Part shown: piece after piece, positions 63,681 to 64,000 of the stretch
Layout: each line of letters starts with the position of its first letter
How positions within the stretch are numbered: position 1 is the stretch's first letter
NCBI GenBank assembly: GCA_030704615.1
Contig: CM060731.1
Coordinates: 18,786,001 to 18,850,000, forward strand
Direction: 5' to 3'
DNA length: 64,000 bases
Source: Takakia lepidozioides
Lineage: Eukaryota > Plantae > Bryophyta
Translations under genes and position numbers: made by a program
The notes under the pieces: model-generated
Seen by the model: the letters and a program-made list of their open reading frames with translations, nothing else
Database searches by the model: none
Told to the model about the DNA's origin: nothing

Positions 63681-64000
63681 CTGAACAAAATCCCATTGTC
63701 AATGTTACTTGTTTCCAGCAAACGCCTTTAACTTCACAAAGAATGTTAGGTCATTAGACATCCATATTTTCTCCTGTTCTTATCACAAGCGGTTCTTCTT
63801 TTGCCTTGGCGACTTGAGAAGGGAAACTTGAGCTGTTATATGTAGTGAATATATTGTCAAGTTCCTAAGCAAATGTTGGGAGGGATGCAAAAGTTATTGA
63901 CATTGAATTTTCATGCAAACTGTTCAAGCTCCTCAACAATGCTGAAACTCAAAAGTAATAGAATCAGATCCTACCTCACTTCTTTAATGCAACATAATAC

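Overview
Eukaryotic land-plant nuclear DNA with spliceosomal introns. The PLS-DYW PPR remnants, RTEX-type LINE and GCM-type MULE suggest a seed-free plant such as a moss (inference). Two gene-dense arms flank a ~31-kb nested transposon island. The left arm (1.8-22.9 kb) holds an HIR/SPFH gene, an SLDP-like lipid-droplet protein, a methylesterase with Ser->Asp at the nucleophile, a possible small secreted protein, and a 14-exon WD40-like gene head-to-head with mitoribosomal mS34. The island (~23.8-54.7 kb) is a truncated gag-protease LTR retroelement carrying two insertions. The first, in its leader, is a 4.9-kb non-autonomous TIR element (8-bp TSD) carrying PLS-PPR/DYW editing-factor sequence. 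The second, in its LTR, is a 22.5-kb CACTA element (3-bp TSD CAA). The CACTA has divergent TnpA- and TnpD-like genes, an FCP1/NIF phosphatase-like domain inside the TnpA gene, and a LINE fragment. A TnpD intron holds a Mutator-like element that pairs a GCM-DDE-SWIM transposase with a divergent, intact, spliced gene bearing a ParB/sulfiredoxin-type DGNHR motif; this pair is the best candidate for an undescribed system. The right arm (57.2-64 kb) holds proteasome beta2 (PBB), a PPR remnant, and the 3' part of a BRD1/2/13-like bromodomain gene. All calls come from manual translation and motif recall; no database searches were run.
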